From Octopus sinensis (Eukaryota): a stretch of 64,000 nt of DNA. The translations under genes and the position numbers were made by a program. The stretch's first letter is position 1. Each line of letters opens with the position of its first letter. The stretch is from contig NC_043011.1 of the NCBI RefSeq assembly GCF_006345805.1, forward strand, positions 17,062,464 through 17,126,463, written 5' to 3'. The notes under the pieces are model-generated. The model was not told where the DNA came from, ran no database searches, and saw nothing but the letters and a program-made list of their open reading frames with translations. Positions 38,039 to 50,973 of the stretch are shown piece by piece.

Positions 38039-38591
38039 ATGAGAGAGAGCAATGCATGCTATCAAAGTGACAATGGAGAACAAATATACAAAGTCAAATA
38101 TACCCCATATGACTCCCCGTCTGATAAAGGTACACCAGGCACATGCATCATAACCAAAACCATATGTGCATAACATGCTGATCTCATATCAAAATAAACA
38201 GTGCATGACTTTGCAGGGGGGGATGGGGCCTAGTTAGAATTTTCTTCAGGCTGATTAACCCATTCTGCTCAAAATGTCAATGAATAAGGATGATGAACAA
38301 AGCACCCATGTTTCCAAAGGTGAATTACTCAAACTCCAAAGAATACTTCTCAATACATGGCTATGATGTTTCCCCACTACTTCTGCTCAAGATCAGAGAT
38401 GCTAATATTGTCAGTCACTAAGGGACATGCTCGAATGGTGAAGATCAAGCAAGTGACAAGCAAATCTGTGGTATTGAGCAAAATATTTTCTGTAGCTCAC
38501 CACCAAGACAAAACATGTACATGATAACACTTCCAATTAGTTATGATTAGAAGTTATGAGAGCCAGTGCCTGGTTTTGTATCAGGGCATTT

Positions 38592-38705
38592 ATAATAATA
38601 ATAATAGTAATAATAATAATAATAATAACCATAATAATAATCATAATAATAAAAATAATAATAATAATGATAATAATAATAATAATAATAATTATAATAA
38701 TAATG

Positions 38706-38737
<32 letters not shown>

Positions 38738-38813
38738 TATGATAATAATTATGATAATAATTATGATAATAATAATAATAATTATGATAATAATTATGAT
38801 AATGATAATAATG

Positions 38814-38850
<37 letters not shown>

Positions 38851-39001
38851 TAATAATAATAATGATAATAATAATAATAATAATAATTATAATAATAATG
38901 ATAATAATAATAATATAATAATAATAATTATGATAATAATTATGATAATAATTATGATAATAATAATAATAATTATGATAATAATTATGATAATAATTAT
39001 G

Positions 39002-39056
<55 letters not shown>

Positions 39057-39107
39057 TGATGATAATAATAATAATTATTATTATTATTATTGTTATTATT
39101 ATTATTC
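38592..39107. repeat. (AAT)n microsatellite (~480 bp) switching to (ATT)n
   Basis: Direct inspection. Confidence 0.95.
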
Positions 39108-39199
39108 ATTTGTGTTTGGAGAAAGAGGGTGCTTGTTCATGGCTCATGAGTTTTTTTTAAATTTGTTGTTTTCAAATTTGCTATTTTAAGTTTTGTTGC

Positions 39200-39322
39200 A
39201 TTGTATCCAGCTCGGAGCTGAGAAAGGTAATAAGAAGGATACAGGTGGCAGTCAAAAAAGCCAGCTTCTAAATATGGCTGAAGCGAGAAAACCCAAATTG
39301 GCTTGAAAACCATAACATATAG
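39200..39322 (+). mobile_element. Possible C-terminal remnant of an RLE-type (NeSL/Hero-like) non-LTR element
   Basis: SELRKVIRRIQVAVKKASF*IWLKRENPNW resembles my recollection of the AEKASxWIWLKRxxxxW end motif. Confidence 0.4.
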
Positions 39323-39556
39323 TAAATCAAACGACTTAGGCAGCTAGCCACTAATTCAGTAGTTCAATCTGCTAGAAATATTGACAACACTTCTTCAAGT
39401 CTCACTTCATAATTTTAACAAAAGAAAGAAACATTTGATAATTTCATTCAAAATATATATAAAAAAAATTAATGATCATGGCTGGAGTTCCTTTGATCAG
39501 ATGTCTGTTCAGTTAGGATTAATCTGAACCAGGAATAAATAGCAACAACAACAACA

Positions 39557-39912
39557 ATCATCATCATCATTATCGTTTAATGTCCACTTTCCATGCTAGT
39601 ATGGGTTGGACGATTTTGACTGAGGGCTGGCAAACCAGATAGCTGCACCAGGCTCCAATCTTGATCTGGCAGAGTTTCTACAGCTGGATGCCCTTCCTAA
39701 CACCAACCACTCCGAGAGTGTAGTGGGTGCTTTTTACATGCCACCGGCACGGGGGCCAGTCAGGTGGTACTGGCAATGACCTCGCTCGAATCTTTTTATA
39801 CATGCCACCGGCACAGATGCCAATGAAGCGATGCTGGTAACGATCATGCTCGAATGGTGCCCTTTTACGTGCCATGGGTACGGAAGCCAGTTAGCTACTC
39901 TGGCAACGATCT
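39557..39912 (-). mobile_element. SINE family B
   Basis: Reverse complement of 1-221 plus upstream repeats. Confidence 0.85.
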
Positions 39913-40347
39913 CGGAAAACAATTATTTTAATCATCAACTAATTATTGTATTTCTCTCATTACACAAATGATCTTTAGATTTTAATGTCCCATCCATTAA
40001 ATATGCTGATATTCACTTTACTGTCTAGTATTTCAATATTGGAAGGTTGCAAGATGGCAGAATTGTTAGCATGCTGGGTAAGATGCTTAGCAGTATTTTG
40101 TCTATCTTTACATTTTGTGTTCAGATTCAAGGTCGACAAAACAAGAACCAGTTGACTACTGGGGTCATTGTAATCAATTTATCCCTGCTCCCCAAATCGC
40201 TGGCCTTGCGCCAAAATTTGAAAGCAATATCTCAATATTGAATATTGCTGTGAGTGATGAATAGGCAGGGTTACTAGAGCATCAAACAGGACACTTTATA
40301 TTTGCTACAACTCTCTGTTCTCTGAGTTCAAATCCTGCTAAGGGCAA

Positions 40348-40566
40348 CATCATCATCATCATCGTTTAACGTCCGCTTTCCATGCTAGCATGGGTTGGAC
40401 GGTTCAACTGGTGTCTGGGAAGCCAATAGGCTGCACCAGGCCCAGTCTGATCTGGCAGTGTTTCTACAGCTGGATGCCCTTCCTGACGCCAACCACTCTG
40501 AGAGTGTAGTGGGTGCTTTTTACGTGCCACCGGCACAGGTGCCAGACGAGGCTGGCAAACGGCCAT
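40348..40566 (-). mobile_element. SINE family B
   Basis: Core and (GAT)n tail. Confidence 0.85.
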
Positions 40567-40789
40567 GAAGGGAACCTAATAAACAAATTACAATTATTGG
40601 GAACCATTCTTCTTCCTGTCTCTCTATGAATCAGTTATATTGCATACTGAGAAGAGATAAGTAGAAATCTTTGACACTGACCCTTTCTTTAAAAATGTTG
40701 TTGAAAGGTTGATGAAATGACTAGCAAACTCTTCTCATAGAAACTCTGCTATGCTACTGAAACTATCATATTGCTCATGTTGGAAGTCT

Positions 40790-41236
40790 TTGACAATGAC
40801 TACCTCCGGTGCATTCTTCGCTGCCGTTGAGTGGATCGAGTTCCCACCGCCAATCTCTGACTTCGCCTGTCTCTGCGGCCCCTTCCATCTGTCCTTCAGC
40901 AACGGCGCTTGTGGTGGTTTGGCCATGCATGTAGGCATCCAGTGGGTGAACTGAGCTGTGATGTCCTTCCCCCAACTCCACTTCCCAATTGGCAGAAACG
41001 TGCGGGTGGGCAGCTGAAGACCTGGGCTACGATGATCAAGGTGAACCTCTCCGTGCTCCCGATTTCGCAGGTGGTCGGCCTGCGCCGATGGAACCGTGAC
41101 TGGCTCGCTATCCCCAGTGAACTGGTGCAGGACTGTTGTGCGTGGGCTGCCATGCTTCGAGATGTCTCAAGGGTGGTAGAAGAAACCGACTCCACCCACC
41201 CAGGATGAATGTCGCCATAAGTACAAGTAAGTAAGT
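40790..41236 (+). mobile_element. RTE LINE 3' fragment (third family)
   Basis: WWFGHACRHP...WQKRAGGQLKTWATMIK...RRWNRDWL; (TAAG)n-type tail. Confidence 0.8.
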
Positions 41237-41354
41237 CAGGAGTTGTATCATTGTCTAGACCCATGAAGAATCTGGTTGAGAAGACCTGTGTTAAAAAAGC
41301 TCACTTGAACCTGGACCATCTTTATAGTTTATCTAAGGCTACATTAGTGAAGGT

Positions 41355-41672
41355 ACATGGCTCAGTGTTAGAGGGTCAGGCTCACAATCATGAGGTAGTG
41401 AGTTTGATTCTCAGACCAGGCTGTGTATTAGATTCCTGAATAAGACACGTTATTTCACGTTCTCCAGTTCCTTCAGCTGTAGAAATTAATTGCAATGCCA
41501 CTGGTGCCAAGCTGTGTTAGGCTTTGCCTTTCCCTTGGGTAAAGTTGGTGGCATGGAGAGGCTAGTATGCAAGGACATTTGGTGGTCTTCCATAAACAAC
41601 CATGCCTGGGCTTGTGCCTCAGAAGGGAACTGTCGAGATGCAATCCCATGGTCATTCATGACCAAAGGGTCT
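41355..41672 (+). mobile_element. SINE family E
   Basis: Reverse complement of 56744-57074. Confidence 0.8.
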
Positions 41673-42603
41673 CTTCACAAGGCTACATTATCCAGTGTAA
41701 TCTTCCGTTTGGTCAACATGATAGAATGTAATTTGGAGATGAGGAAAAAAACCCAATTCCAGCTGGTTGATTAAACATGTAAAGGTTACTCCAATGGCAG
41801 TGGTCAGGATTCTAGTGTCTTATTTGTGTATTTATTTAACTTGTTTTTTGTTTCTTTTTTTTGGCTGTGGTGATATTTCCCCTGCATGTATGATGTTTAA
41901 CTATATAGAGCTTGATACGTGACACTCTATACATATAAGCTTTTTGTATGAAAGTTCTTGCATATAGCAATATAGTTGCCATAAAGTTCAACCCAGGTCA
42001 TTCTAGAATACTTGGCTAACACTGGATTTGGCAAACCCAAATAAGCTGAGAAATCCATGAATAGATTTTTCTACCTGCCAGAAAATCACATAAACAAATA
42101 AGTAAATAAATAAAGAAAGAAAGGAAGAAAGGAAGGAAGAAAAACAAGAGAAGCATGAAGTAAACAGATTAATTTATATATACCAGAACTGATACAATGA
42201 ACCGTATTAAGCTGTTGCAACATTGTGAAGAGTGCACAGAGGGATAACAGTGGAAGAAGAAGAAGAAGAAGAAGAAGAAGAAGAAGAAGAAGAAGAAGAA
42301 GGCGGAAGAATGCAGATGATGATGATTGTTGTTGTTGTTTAGTGTCTATTTTCCATGCTGGCATGGGTTGTACTATACCATAAATGTGTTTATAGTATTT
42401 TGTTTCATATCAATATGTCATGAGTTCAGATTTGGTTTGGACAGACATTGTCTTTCATCATTCCGGGGGCTAATAAAAGAAGTACCAGTAATATGCTGCA
42501 GAGTATTTTGAACCGTTGTGTAGTCTCATGACCTACAAGAAATAGCAGTCTAAATCTCTTTTAAATTACACATTGCTTATCTTCACAATAAGAAATACCC
42601 TGA

Positions 42604-42952
42604 AGGTGGCGAGCTGGCAGAATTGTTAGCACGCCAGGCGAAATGATTAACGGTATTTTGTCTGCCGTTACTTTCTGAGTTCAAATTCCGCCGAGGTCAA
42701 CTTTGCCTTTCATCCTTTCGGGGGTCAATTAAATAAGTACCAGTTATGCACTGGAGTTGATATAATCAACTTAATTCATTTGTCTGTCCGTGTTTGTCCT
42801 CTCTGTGTTTAGTCCCTTGTGGGTAGTAAAGAAATAGGTATTTTGTCTGCCGCTACGTTCAGAGCTCAAATTCCACTGAGGTCGACTTTGCCTTTGTCTG
42901 TCCTTGTTTGTCCCCTCTATGTTTAGTCCCTTGTGGGCAATAAAGAATTAAA
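42604..42952 (+). mobile_element. SINE family C with a partial second unit
   Basis: Junction aaagaaata|ggtattttgtc at ~42837. Confidence 0.9.
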
Positions 42953-43074
42953 TAAGAAATACCTATTAGATACACTGTGTTTGAAAAAAAAAATTGGATA
43001 GTCATGTCCTCTGTTCTAAATTTATTGGATCAGAGTTGACCTGGGGTTAGACTACAGCTACAATAATATCAATT

Positions 43075-43708
43075 TGAAATTTTGGTACAAGGTTAGCAAT
43101 TTCGGGCGAAGTTGTAAGTCAATTACATTGACCCCAGTATTCAGCTGGTACTTATCTTATCGATTCCAAAAGGACGAAAAGCAAAGTTGACCTCAGCAGA
43201 ACTGGAACTCAGAATGTGAAGACATACAAAATACCTATTTCTTTACTACCCACAAGGGGCTAAATACAGAGAGGACAAACAAGGACAGACAAACGGATTA
43301 AGTCGATTACATCGACCCCAGTGCATAACTGGTACTTAATTTATCGACCCCTGAAAGGATGAAAGGCAAAGTCGACCTCTGCGGAATTTGAGCTCAAAAC
43401 GTAGCGACAGACGAAATACCTATTTCTTTACCACCCACAAAGGGCTAAACACAGAGAGGACAAACAAGGACAGACAAGCGGATTAAGTCGATTATATCGA
43501 CCCCAGTGTGTAACTGGTACTTATTTAATCGACCCCAAAAGGCAAAGTCAACTTCGGCAGAATTGGATTTCAGAACGTAATGGCAGATGAAATATGGCTA
43601 CGCATTTCGCCCGGCGTGGTAACGTTTCTGCCAGCTTGCCACCTTCCATACGAAATACCATTAAGCATTTCACTCAGTGTACTAATGATTCTGCCAGCTT
43701 GCCGCCTT
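43075..43708 (-). mobile_element. SINE family C tandem trimer
   Basis: Same junction at ~43235 and ~43420. Confidence 0.9.
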
Positions 43709-43810
43709 TAAAACCATAATAATATCAACCAATTATACAAGACTCCAACAATAACTGGCTCAAGACTTTTCTACTTCTCAGTGTCCAATGAAAGAACTGC
43801 TATTTTCTAG

Positions 43811-43934
43811 GTTCTCTGCAACCAAAAGTTGTGAAGAAAACTGAAGGGCATTTTAATAAATTGAGAAAAAAAAAATATCACTTCAAGAACATACCTTCAC
43901 TGCTACATACCTCTGGAAACTTAAATATCACTGT
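43811..43934 (+). CDS. Candidate exon (phase 1-2)
   Basis: tattttctag|; SLQPKVVKKTEGHFNKLRKKKYHFKNIPSLLHTSGNLNIT; |gtgaga. Confidence 0.25.
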
Positions 43935-44250
43935 GTGAGAAAGATTCACTGTAAATGACAGAAGAGTTATTTTTCCCTAGGTGATTGGATAAGTAGCAAT
44001 AACTAAGATAATGGTAGCAAAATATCTAAGGGCCTAAGGGTAGTCTTGAGAACATTATTCAACTTGATGGAATTTATGGACATCATCCAAATACTATTAG
44101 GTTTTGCTTTTGTATTTCAAAGATACTGACTTATTCGTAGGCTACACCAATATATTTCACATAAATAATCCAAATATTTCTACTGTATAGCCACAAATAC
44201 AGCAGTGTTTGGACAGTCTCCATAAATGAAGACAGACAAAGCACATAATA

Positions 44251-44283
<33 letters not shown>

Positions 44284-44354
44284 ATCAATTCTAAAGAGAA
44301 AATGACATTTTTGCCTGTATTTTTATGTTGAATGTATTTTTATAGGAAGAAAAT

Positions 44355-44371
44355 AATAATGATGATAATCA

Positions 44372-44451
<80 letters not shown>

Positions 44452-44457
44452 CTTCTT

Positions 44458-44493
<36 letters not shown>

Positions 44494-44495
44494 AT

Positions 44496-44541
<46 letters not shown>

Positions 44542-44680
44542 GTAAAAATAGTAATAATAATAATAGTAAAAATGGTGATAATAACAATAACTAGTAAAAT
44601 GATAATAATAATTGTAGGAAAAATAAAAATGATAATAGTAATAATAATAATTGTAAAAATAAAAGTAATGATGATTATGA
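44355..44680. repeat. Compound (TAC)(TTC)(TAC)(TAA) microsatellite
   Basis: Direct inspection. Confidence 0.95.
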
Positions 44681-45135
44681 TAAAAACAACTCTATTACAA
44701 ATTGTTATAATAACATTTCTTTGGAATATTCCCAAATAGTTTTGTTCTCTCATTTGACATAGATTATTGATAATTCAGTGGTAAAGCAATATCCTTATGT
44801 GAAATCTTAGCTGCTACACTGAACTAACATAATGGTAGTCTCCAAACACCAATAAAGTTTCTCAATGTTGACCTTTCGTAGCTTGAGTTGACCGATTTTT
44901 ACATTTTCATTTTGCACTCATATTGTGTCCTAATGGTGACCTCCAATTTGAATATGTTATGCTAATATTGACCTTAAGATCTCCATCGGTCAGAGTTGAC
45001 CAAGTATCTGCACATGGAAATTCCTCTTCACAACATAAGCCTGAATGGCATTTTCTATGGAAGACCAACAGATTATCTATTATGTAGCAAGTTCCACTTC
45101 CCTAACTGGCACTCCATTGACTACAATGATAAGGG

Positions 45136-45593
45136 TGTAACAAGATGAGTTCAGGAACACTGGAGGGGTGTCTGGTCTTATCTTGTCACATATAAGTCGA
45201 AGAAAAGGAACCAAAGTCAGGCTGTCTTCAATAACAATAAATAGTAGTTTATTCTTCAGGTTCACAGGTAAAATATATACATATATATTTCTTGAGGGCG
45301 AACGAGCAGCCAAGTCCACAGGACTGTTTGCAAATGTTCACTCGGGTAAGCCAAGAAGATACGTGTTCATTCCCACTTCGAAGAGAGAGCTTTTCTGTGC
45401 GTAGGGTTTTCCCTGAGAGAAGTCTTAGCCATGTCCGCTCGTTAGTGCTGCTCTTCCAAAAAAGGTCGAGTTTAACGGGGACGCTTTCAGGTTGCAGTTC
45501 CTGCGCATGTGCATGAGGTAACTTCCGGTGGCCTACCAGAAGTAATCCAATTCTGCACATGCACGCTGAAACTTACACAGTAGCGTCACTACA
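45136..45593 (-). mobile_element. Solo LTR (458 bp), Gypsy-type 4-bp TSD
   Basis: aggg|TGTA...TACA|aggg; AATAAA on - strand at ~45250; CpG retained. Confidence 0.8.
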
Positions 45594-45597
45594 AGGG

Positions 45598-45885
45598 TTT
45601 CAGTTGATCTGATCATCAGAACAGCTTGCTCATGAAAATTATGGGCAAGTCTCTGAGTGCTCCACAGGCAAGTATACTCTTAATATACTCAGGGAAATTT
45701 AGCATGACACAGGATGTGACAACATTGGCTCTTTGAAATACAGATACTACTCATTTTTGCTAGTTGCGTGTCCTGGAGAACTGTGAAATGAAGTGTCTTC
45801 CTCAAGAACACATTGTGCTGCTGGGTATCGAACTCATGACCCTATGATTGTGAGCTTATTATCCTAATCATTAAGCCATGTGCCT
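45598..45885 (-). mobile_element. SINE family D
   Basis: Diverged reverse complement of 4862-5188. Confidence 0.75.
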
Positions 45886-46142
45886 CTCCCCTAAACTACT
45901 GATAATGCCTGAGAGAAAAGCAAGGGTTGATTTAAAGTGGAACCAGCACGGTCACAGGAGACCTTCTAATGAAAAAAACACTGAATCAAGCAATGTAAGA
46001 TATTTAGTCCATTGCTCAATCCACAACTCTTAACTAGTATGTTATTTTATCAAAATGGAAAGAATAAAAGACAATAATCAATCAACAGGATTTGATCTCA
46101 GCATGGCCGCAGCTCTCAGCTGAAAAAAGGTATATATATAGC

Positions 46143-46536
46143 ATTGCTATTATGCAAAAGTGTCGTAAGTCCAAAATGTTGCTTTCTCAGAAAACGAAAA
46201 CCTAGTTTCACCATTCCATATTTTTTTACATTAGCAACAATTTCAGCTTTACAATAATATTTTGTTGAGTACATAAAATCATAAATCCATGTATGTATGA
46301 TATTTTCAGTCAGATATATTTTTGCAAAACTGTCGTATGTGGGACTTAACTACACTTTTGAAAAATGTTAAACCGTTGTACTACACTTTGACAATTTTCA
46401 TATCTTAGCATCTGGAGCAGATGGAGATAAGATAGTTTGACCAAAAGAACCAGCTATTACAAGCCAAATTAAATATAAGAAAAAACGCATTTGGCCAAAT
46501 TTGGACACATGACAGTCTAACATAATAGCCACAATG
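46143..46536. mobile_element. Possible MITE with degenerate ~35-bp TIRs
   Basis: gctattatgcaaaagtgtcgtaagtccaaa versus tttggacacatgacagtctaacataatagc. Confidence 0.45.
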
Positions 46537-46599
46537 TATATATGGTTATACTCTAGCATGGCTATAGCTTTTCGGCTGAATCATAAAAGAATAAATATA

Positions 46600-46635
46600 T
46601 ATATAAAAGAATATTTGTGTCTGTGTATTTATGTC

Positions 46636-46680
<45 letters not shown>

Positions 46681-46738
46681 TTATGTATATGTGTATATAT
46701 ATATGTATATATTATGTATACGTATATATATATATATT

Positions 46739-46787
<49 letters not shown>

Positions 46788-46884
46788 TATATGTATATAT
46801 TTATGTGTATATATATATATAATATATATATATATATGTATATATTATGTATATATATATATATTATATATATATATATTTATG

Positions 46885-46921
<37 letters not shown>

Positions 46922-47025
46922 GCATTTCTGTATATGTGTATCTATATATGTATGTGTATTCATGTGTATATATGTGTGTGTGCATATATATATGTATATT
47001 TTATGTGTGTGTGTGTGTGTGCGTG
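46600..47025. repeat. (TA)n/(TG)n microsatellite block
   Basis: Direct inspection; similar blocks at 2720-3260, 6850-6955, 25372-25625, 51360-51600 and 52643-53180. Confidence 0.95.
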
Positions 47026-48416
47026 TTTGTATTTTCCTCAGCTGTTGGATGACAACTGGTGTTGGTTTCTTTAAATCCTCCATAGCTAAAAATTTAGTAC
47101 TGAAATCAATTTGTTTGGCTAAAACCCTTCAAGACAAAGCCCCAGCCACAGTCTAAACAGACTAAAACAAACAAAAGGCGAAAGCTAAAAATAATACGTT
47201 GTTTGTAAGTCTTTGTTTGATGAGAAACAGTTAACCCAAATCACACAATTTTCACTCTGAAAAATAATTTTCTGCTTTCTTTAGCAGCAAAAATATCAAC
47301 ATTTTTGCCAACAGACCTATTGGCACACTTCCACTTAGCTTTTAATATCACCACACTGTTTAGTCACATTTGACCCATTGCACTTCTCAGTTATGCCTAT
47401 ATTTATCTTAGGCCACCGAAGAAATGCTCTTGCAGAGTGTGGTGTAGTAGAAATGGTAGGAAAGATGCTAATCATTTTGTTTGAAGACTGGTAGGAGAAA
47501 GATTGTTCTTGTGAACAGTTTAAGAAGCATCGATTACAGTTGGCTGTGTACCTGTCAAATGCAAATGGGGAGCGACAGGCTGTGTAGATTACCTTTTTGC
47601 TTTAATGCAAAACAGCAAATTGACAGAAGTCATTTAACTCATCTGTCGTAGCAAGATTAATGATAATATAATGAAATGGAAAGTATGTCTCGATCATTAT
47701 CACGAAATCATAACTCCATTTCTGCATTAACCTTATACAGAGTGACTGTGACATGTAGATATGTGATGGCAGTTTTTGGTAATGGCATTTCCATTGAGAA
47801 TTGCCCAGCCTGAGCTAGCAAAAGCCAAAAAAAATCTTACTTTTTTTTTTCTGTGAAACACTTCCTTCTTAATAAGAATTGTACATCATGTTCCTTGGGA
47901 TGATTTCTTTGAACCTTTTGGTCCATTTCCAAACTCTTTCAAAGTTTATGCCATTTTTGGAATCAAGAGTTGCTTTGAAATGATGTAGGCAGTATAACTT
48001 ATGCAGTCTTTCTCTAGAGGTATTCACTAATTCTGTTTGTCTATGACTATTAATTTCAGGACAAATGATCCATCACACTGCGTTGCTATCTGCATATGTT
48101 TATTTGATATGTTTCTATGTTTATTAAGGCGGCGAGCTGGCAGAAACGTTAGCACGCCGGGTGAAATGCGTAGCTGTATTTCGTCTGTCGTTATGTTCCG
48201 AGTTCAAATTCTGCCGAGGTCGACTTTGCCTTTCATCCTTTTGGGGTCGATAAATTAAGTACCAGTTACTTAATTTATATAGTTGATCTCATATATTTAA
48301 TGAAATATTTTTATGTTGATCTAAATATCTTTAGTATCATTTTCATGTTGATACTCTCTACATATTTAATATACAATCTTAATGCTCACTTCCCTAATTC
48401 TATGTTATCTACTAAA

Positions 48417-48947
48417 TCGTCATCATCACTATTCAACCGTGGTCAAGACAATGGAATTTACTATGCTACACCAGACTTCACGGTCCATCATAGCATTACG
48501 GAGGTCCTGTTGCTGGATGCCTGTATCCCTGGAGATTACATCAGGGTAGGAGAGTGTGCACCCTCTGGTATCGCAAGTAGATGGCTTCCAGAGGAGAAGA
48601 GTAGAAATTGCCTCGTTTTCAGCTCTACAGCAATGTCCAGCAAACTGGACTCTTCTACCTTTCACAAGAGATGATACAGGTGGTAGTTTCCCGTATATTT
48701 GTACTTTGGTTGGATGATGCCTCCACGAGAGATTTTGAGCTCTCATAAGGAGGCGAGTGTAACTTCTATCCAACCGCCTCTCAAGCTTCTTTGACAACAT
48801 CCAGGTTTCTGAGCCATATAGTAGAATTAGTTCGACTGTGGCTTTGAAGATTTTAAGTTTGAAATCTCTACTTAGATTTGATGACCAGATCTTATGCATA
48901 TCATTACAGGCTGACCAGGCCATACCCTTTCTAAATACTAGAAAGGG
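48417..48947 (-). mobile_element. 5'-truncated RTE LINE, same family as 10203-10735
   Basis: ORF 48429-48923; 11-bp TSD tatctactaaa; short inverted duplication at the 5' junction. Confidence 0.9.
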
Positions 48948-49889
48948 TATCTACTAAAGGCAATATACTGTCATTTTGTAGGTCCTCAAATAGCTCTAAC
49001 AAAGTCTTCTGCTGTTGATCTCCATCAATGTATTGTTCTTCTGATCCACAAATGTGCTGTTACTTTTATCACATCATTTTCGATACTAAAGTATTTTAGC
49101 CAACTGGTCTTATTTGCCATCTACTTAGCCACTTCAGACCTATTAGTCATTCTTTTTTGGTCAACCATATAGTGTCCACTTCTCAGTCAATACACTAACA
49201 GTTGTACTCCCATCCAACAGTTTCCCTTGCTCAAAATATTGACCCTCAGGCATTCCCTCCCTGTCCATGTTTTTCCTGCAGCCATTGATTTGCAACTATT
49301 CTAGATGAATAGTTACCATGGCAATTTTCCAGTCTTGTAGAGGCTGCAGTAACTAGTAACTATAGTCACTTCTTTCAGATCTAATTAATAAAACAATGTC
49401 TTGTATACTTCAGTAGAATGTCTTTTCACATTATATTCACGATAGAATTTCATCTTAGTAGTGAAAAATTACAGTCTCAAAATTTATAACTGTTTTTACA
49501 TCTTTCAAGGCTAAGGTGTATCAACAAATTGTACTTATATATCTTTAAGTGGCCCTGAAAGAGTTAAATATATTGATCAATGATGCAGTTCAGCTCAGGC
49601 AGTAAAACATAGAACCTCACCACCAACAAAAACAAAATAGAAAATGCCAAACCTTTAGCTAAAATACAGACAAGCTCTACTATCTTACCAGTGTAATGGT
49701 ATAATTACTTGATTTCAAATTCAACAACTTTTCTTTGTTTTGTTTTGTTTTTGTTTTTGGTGCAATGATATATGGTGAAATAGTTTAAATAGTTTAACAC
49801 AGGTGCAAAACTAAATGTAGATGAATAGCTTGTGAGTGGCATACAAGTTATGTACAAAGATTCTGTGTAGTGAGAACTGACAATGTTAC

Positions 49890-50295
49890 TGTGGGAGAAG
49901 CTTGCTTCTCAAACACATGGCTTAAGGTTCAGTTCCACTGTGTGGAACCTTGAGCAAGTATCTTCTACCAAAGCCTTGGCTGACTAAAGCCTTGTGAGTA
50001 CTTTTGGCAGACGGAACCTGAAAGAAGCCCATTGGATACACACATATATCTATATTTGTGTGTGTGTGTCCTTGTGTATGTGTTTGCAGCCCCCTACAAT
50101 TTGATAACTGGTGTTGGTGTGTTTACGTCCCTGCAACTTATCAATTCTGCAAGAGAAACCAGTAGAATAAATACCAGGCTTTAAAAGGAGGCAGGTGTGA
50201 GGTCAATAATTTGACTAAAAATTCTTTAAGTCAGTGCCCCAGCACATCTGCGGTCTAGTCTAATGACTGAAAAAGTAAAATATAAAGAGTAAAAA
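49890..50295 (+). mobile_element. SINE family A, diverged
   Basis: Colinear with family A. Confidence 0.8.
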
Positions 50296-50561
50296 GACAG
50301 GTGTCCTTTAAGACATAGTTTCTGTACTCTCTTATTCTTCATAATTCTACTGGCCATCACAGAGGTGTTTAAGACTAACTGTTTATAGAAACTCCTATAT
50401 TCTAACGATCTAATTCTCATAACTGAAATTATATGGGGAATTAGAGAGGAAATTCCAGGCAGAGAAGCTAAACCTAAAACTACTACTAACGTAAACTTAG
50501 CAAAGATTAAGGTTTTAGTAAATTACAAAGAAGACAGAACATTGCTATTTTCTGGGAAATG

Positions 50562-50973
50562 GTTTGTTTGTTTGTTTGTTTGTTGAGCAAAGCAGTCTTC
50601 ATCCCAGAGCTCGCAAGATCATGCCTCAGGATTGTCTGTTGTGGAAGAAGTCCAATACATCGTCCTTTGCTATTCGTAAGACCCGCAGAAGAGAAAACAT
50701 GTCAACCTCCGACACTGAGAGCATCGACGGATGGATGAATGCGCATCCAGGCTCAGCGGATGCGTAGTAAGTCGGGGACAAAAAACAGGAAGAAAGAGTG
50801 AGAGAAAGTTGGAGTGAAAGAGTACAACAGAGGTCGCCACCACCCCCTGCCAGAGCCTCGTGGAGCTTTAGGTGTTTTCGCTCAATAAACACACACAACA
50901 CCCGGTCTGGGAATCGAAACTGCGATCATCCGACCGCGAGTCTTCTGCCCTAACCACTGGGCCATTGCGCCCC
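50562..50973 (-). mobile_element. SINE family F, full length
   Basis: tRNA-like head ggcgcaatggcccagtggttagggca...gtttcgattccc; (CAAA)n tail. Confidence 0.85.

Noticed and set aside
38040-38590. Moderate-GC segment between microsatellites as an exon
   Set aside because: No convincing coding frame or splice sites; I recall it as an interspersed repeat, but it has no second copy in the window to confirm
36241-39160. K/E/R-rich, poly-S/L, poly-N and poly-I ORFs
   Set aside because: Simple repeats lacking stop codons; no convincing splice context
43075-43708. CRISPR-like repeat array
   Set aside because: Eukaryotic SINE multimer without unique spacers
45080-45560. ORFs 45080-45319 and 45249-45560
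   Set aside because: Lie mostly within a solo LTR defined by TG..CA ends and a TSD
50900-50973. tRNA-like sequences (also 4862, 34409, 57010)
   Set aside because: SINE heads continuing into SINE bodies; no complete acceptor stem or Pol III terminator
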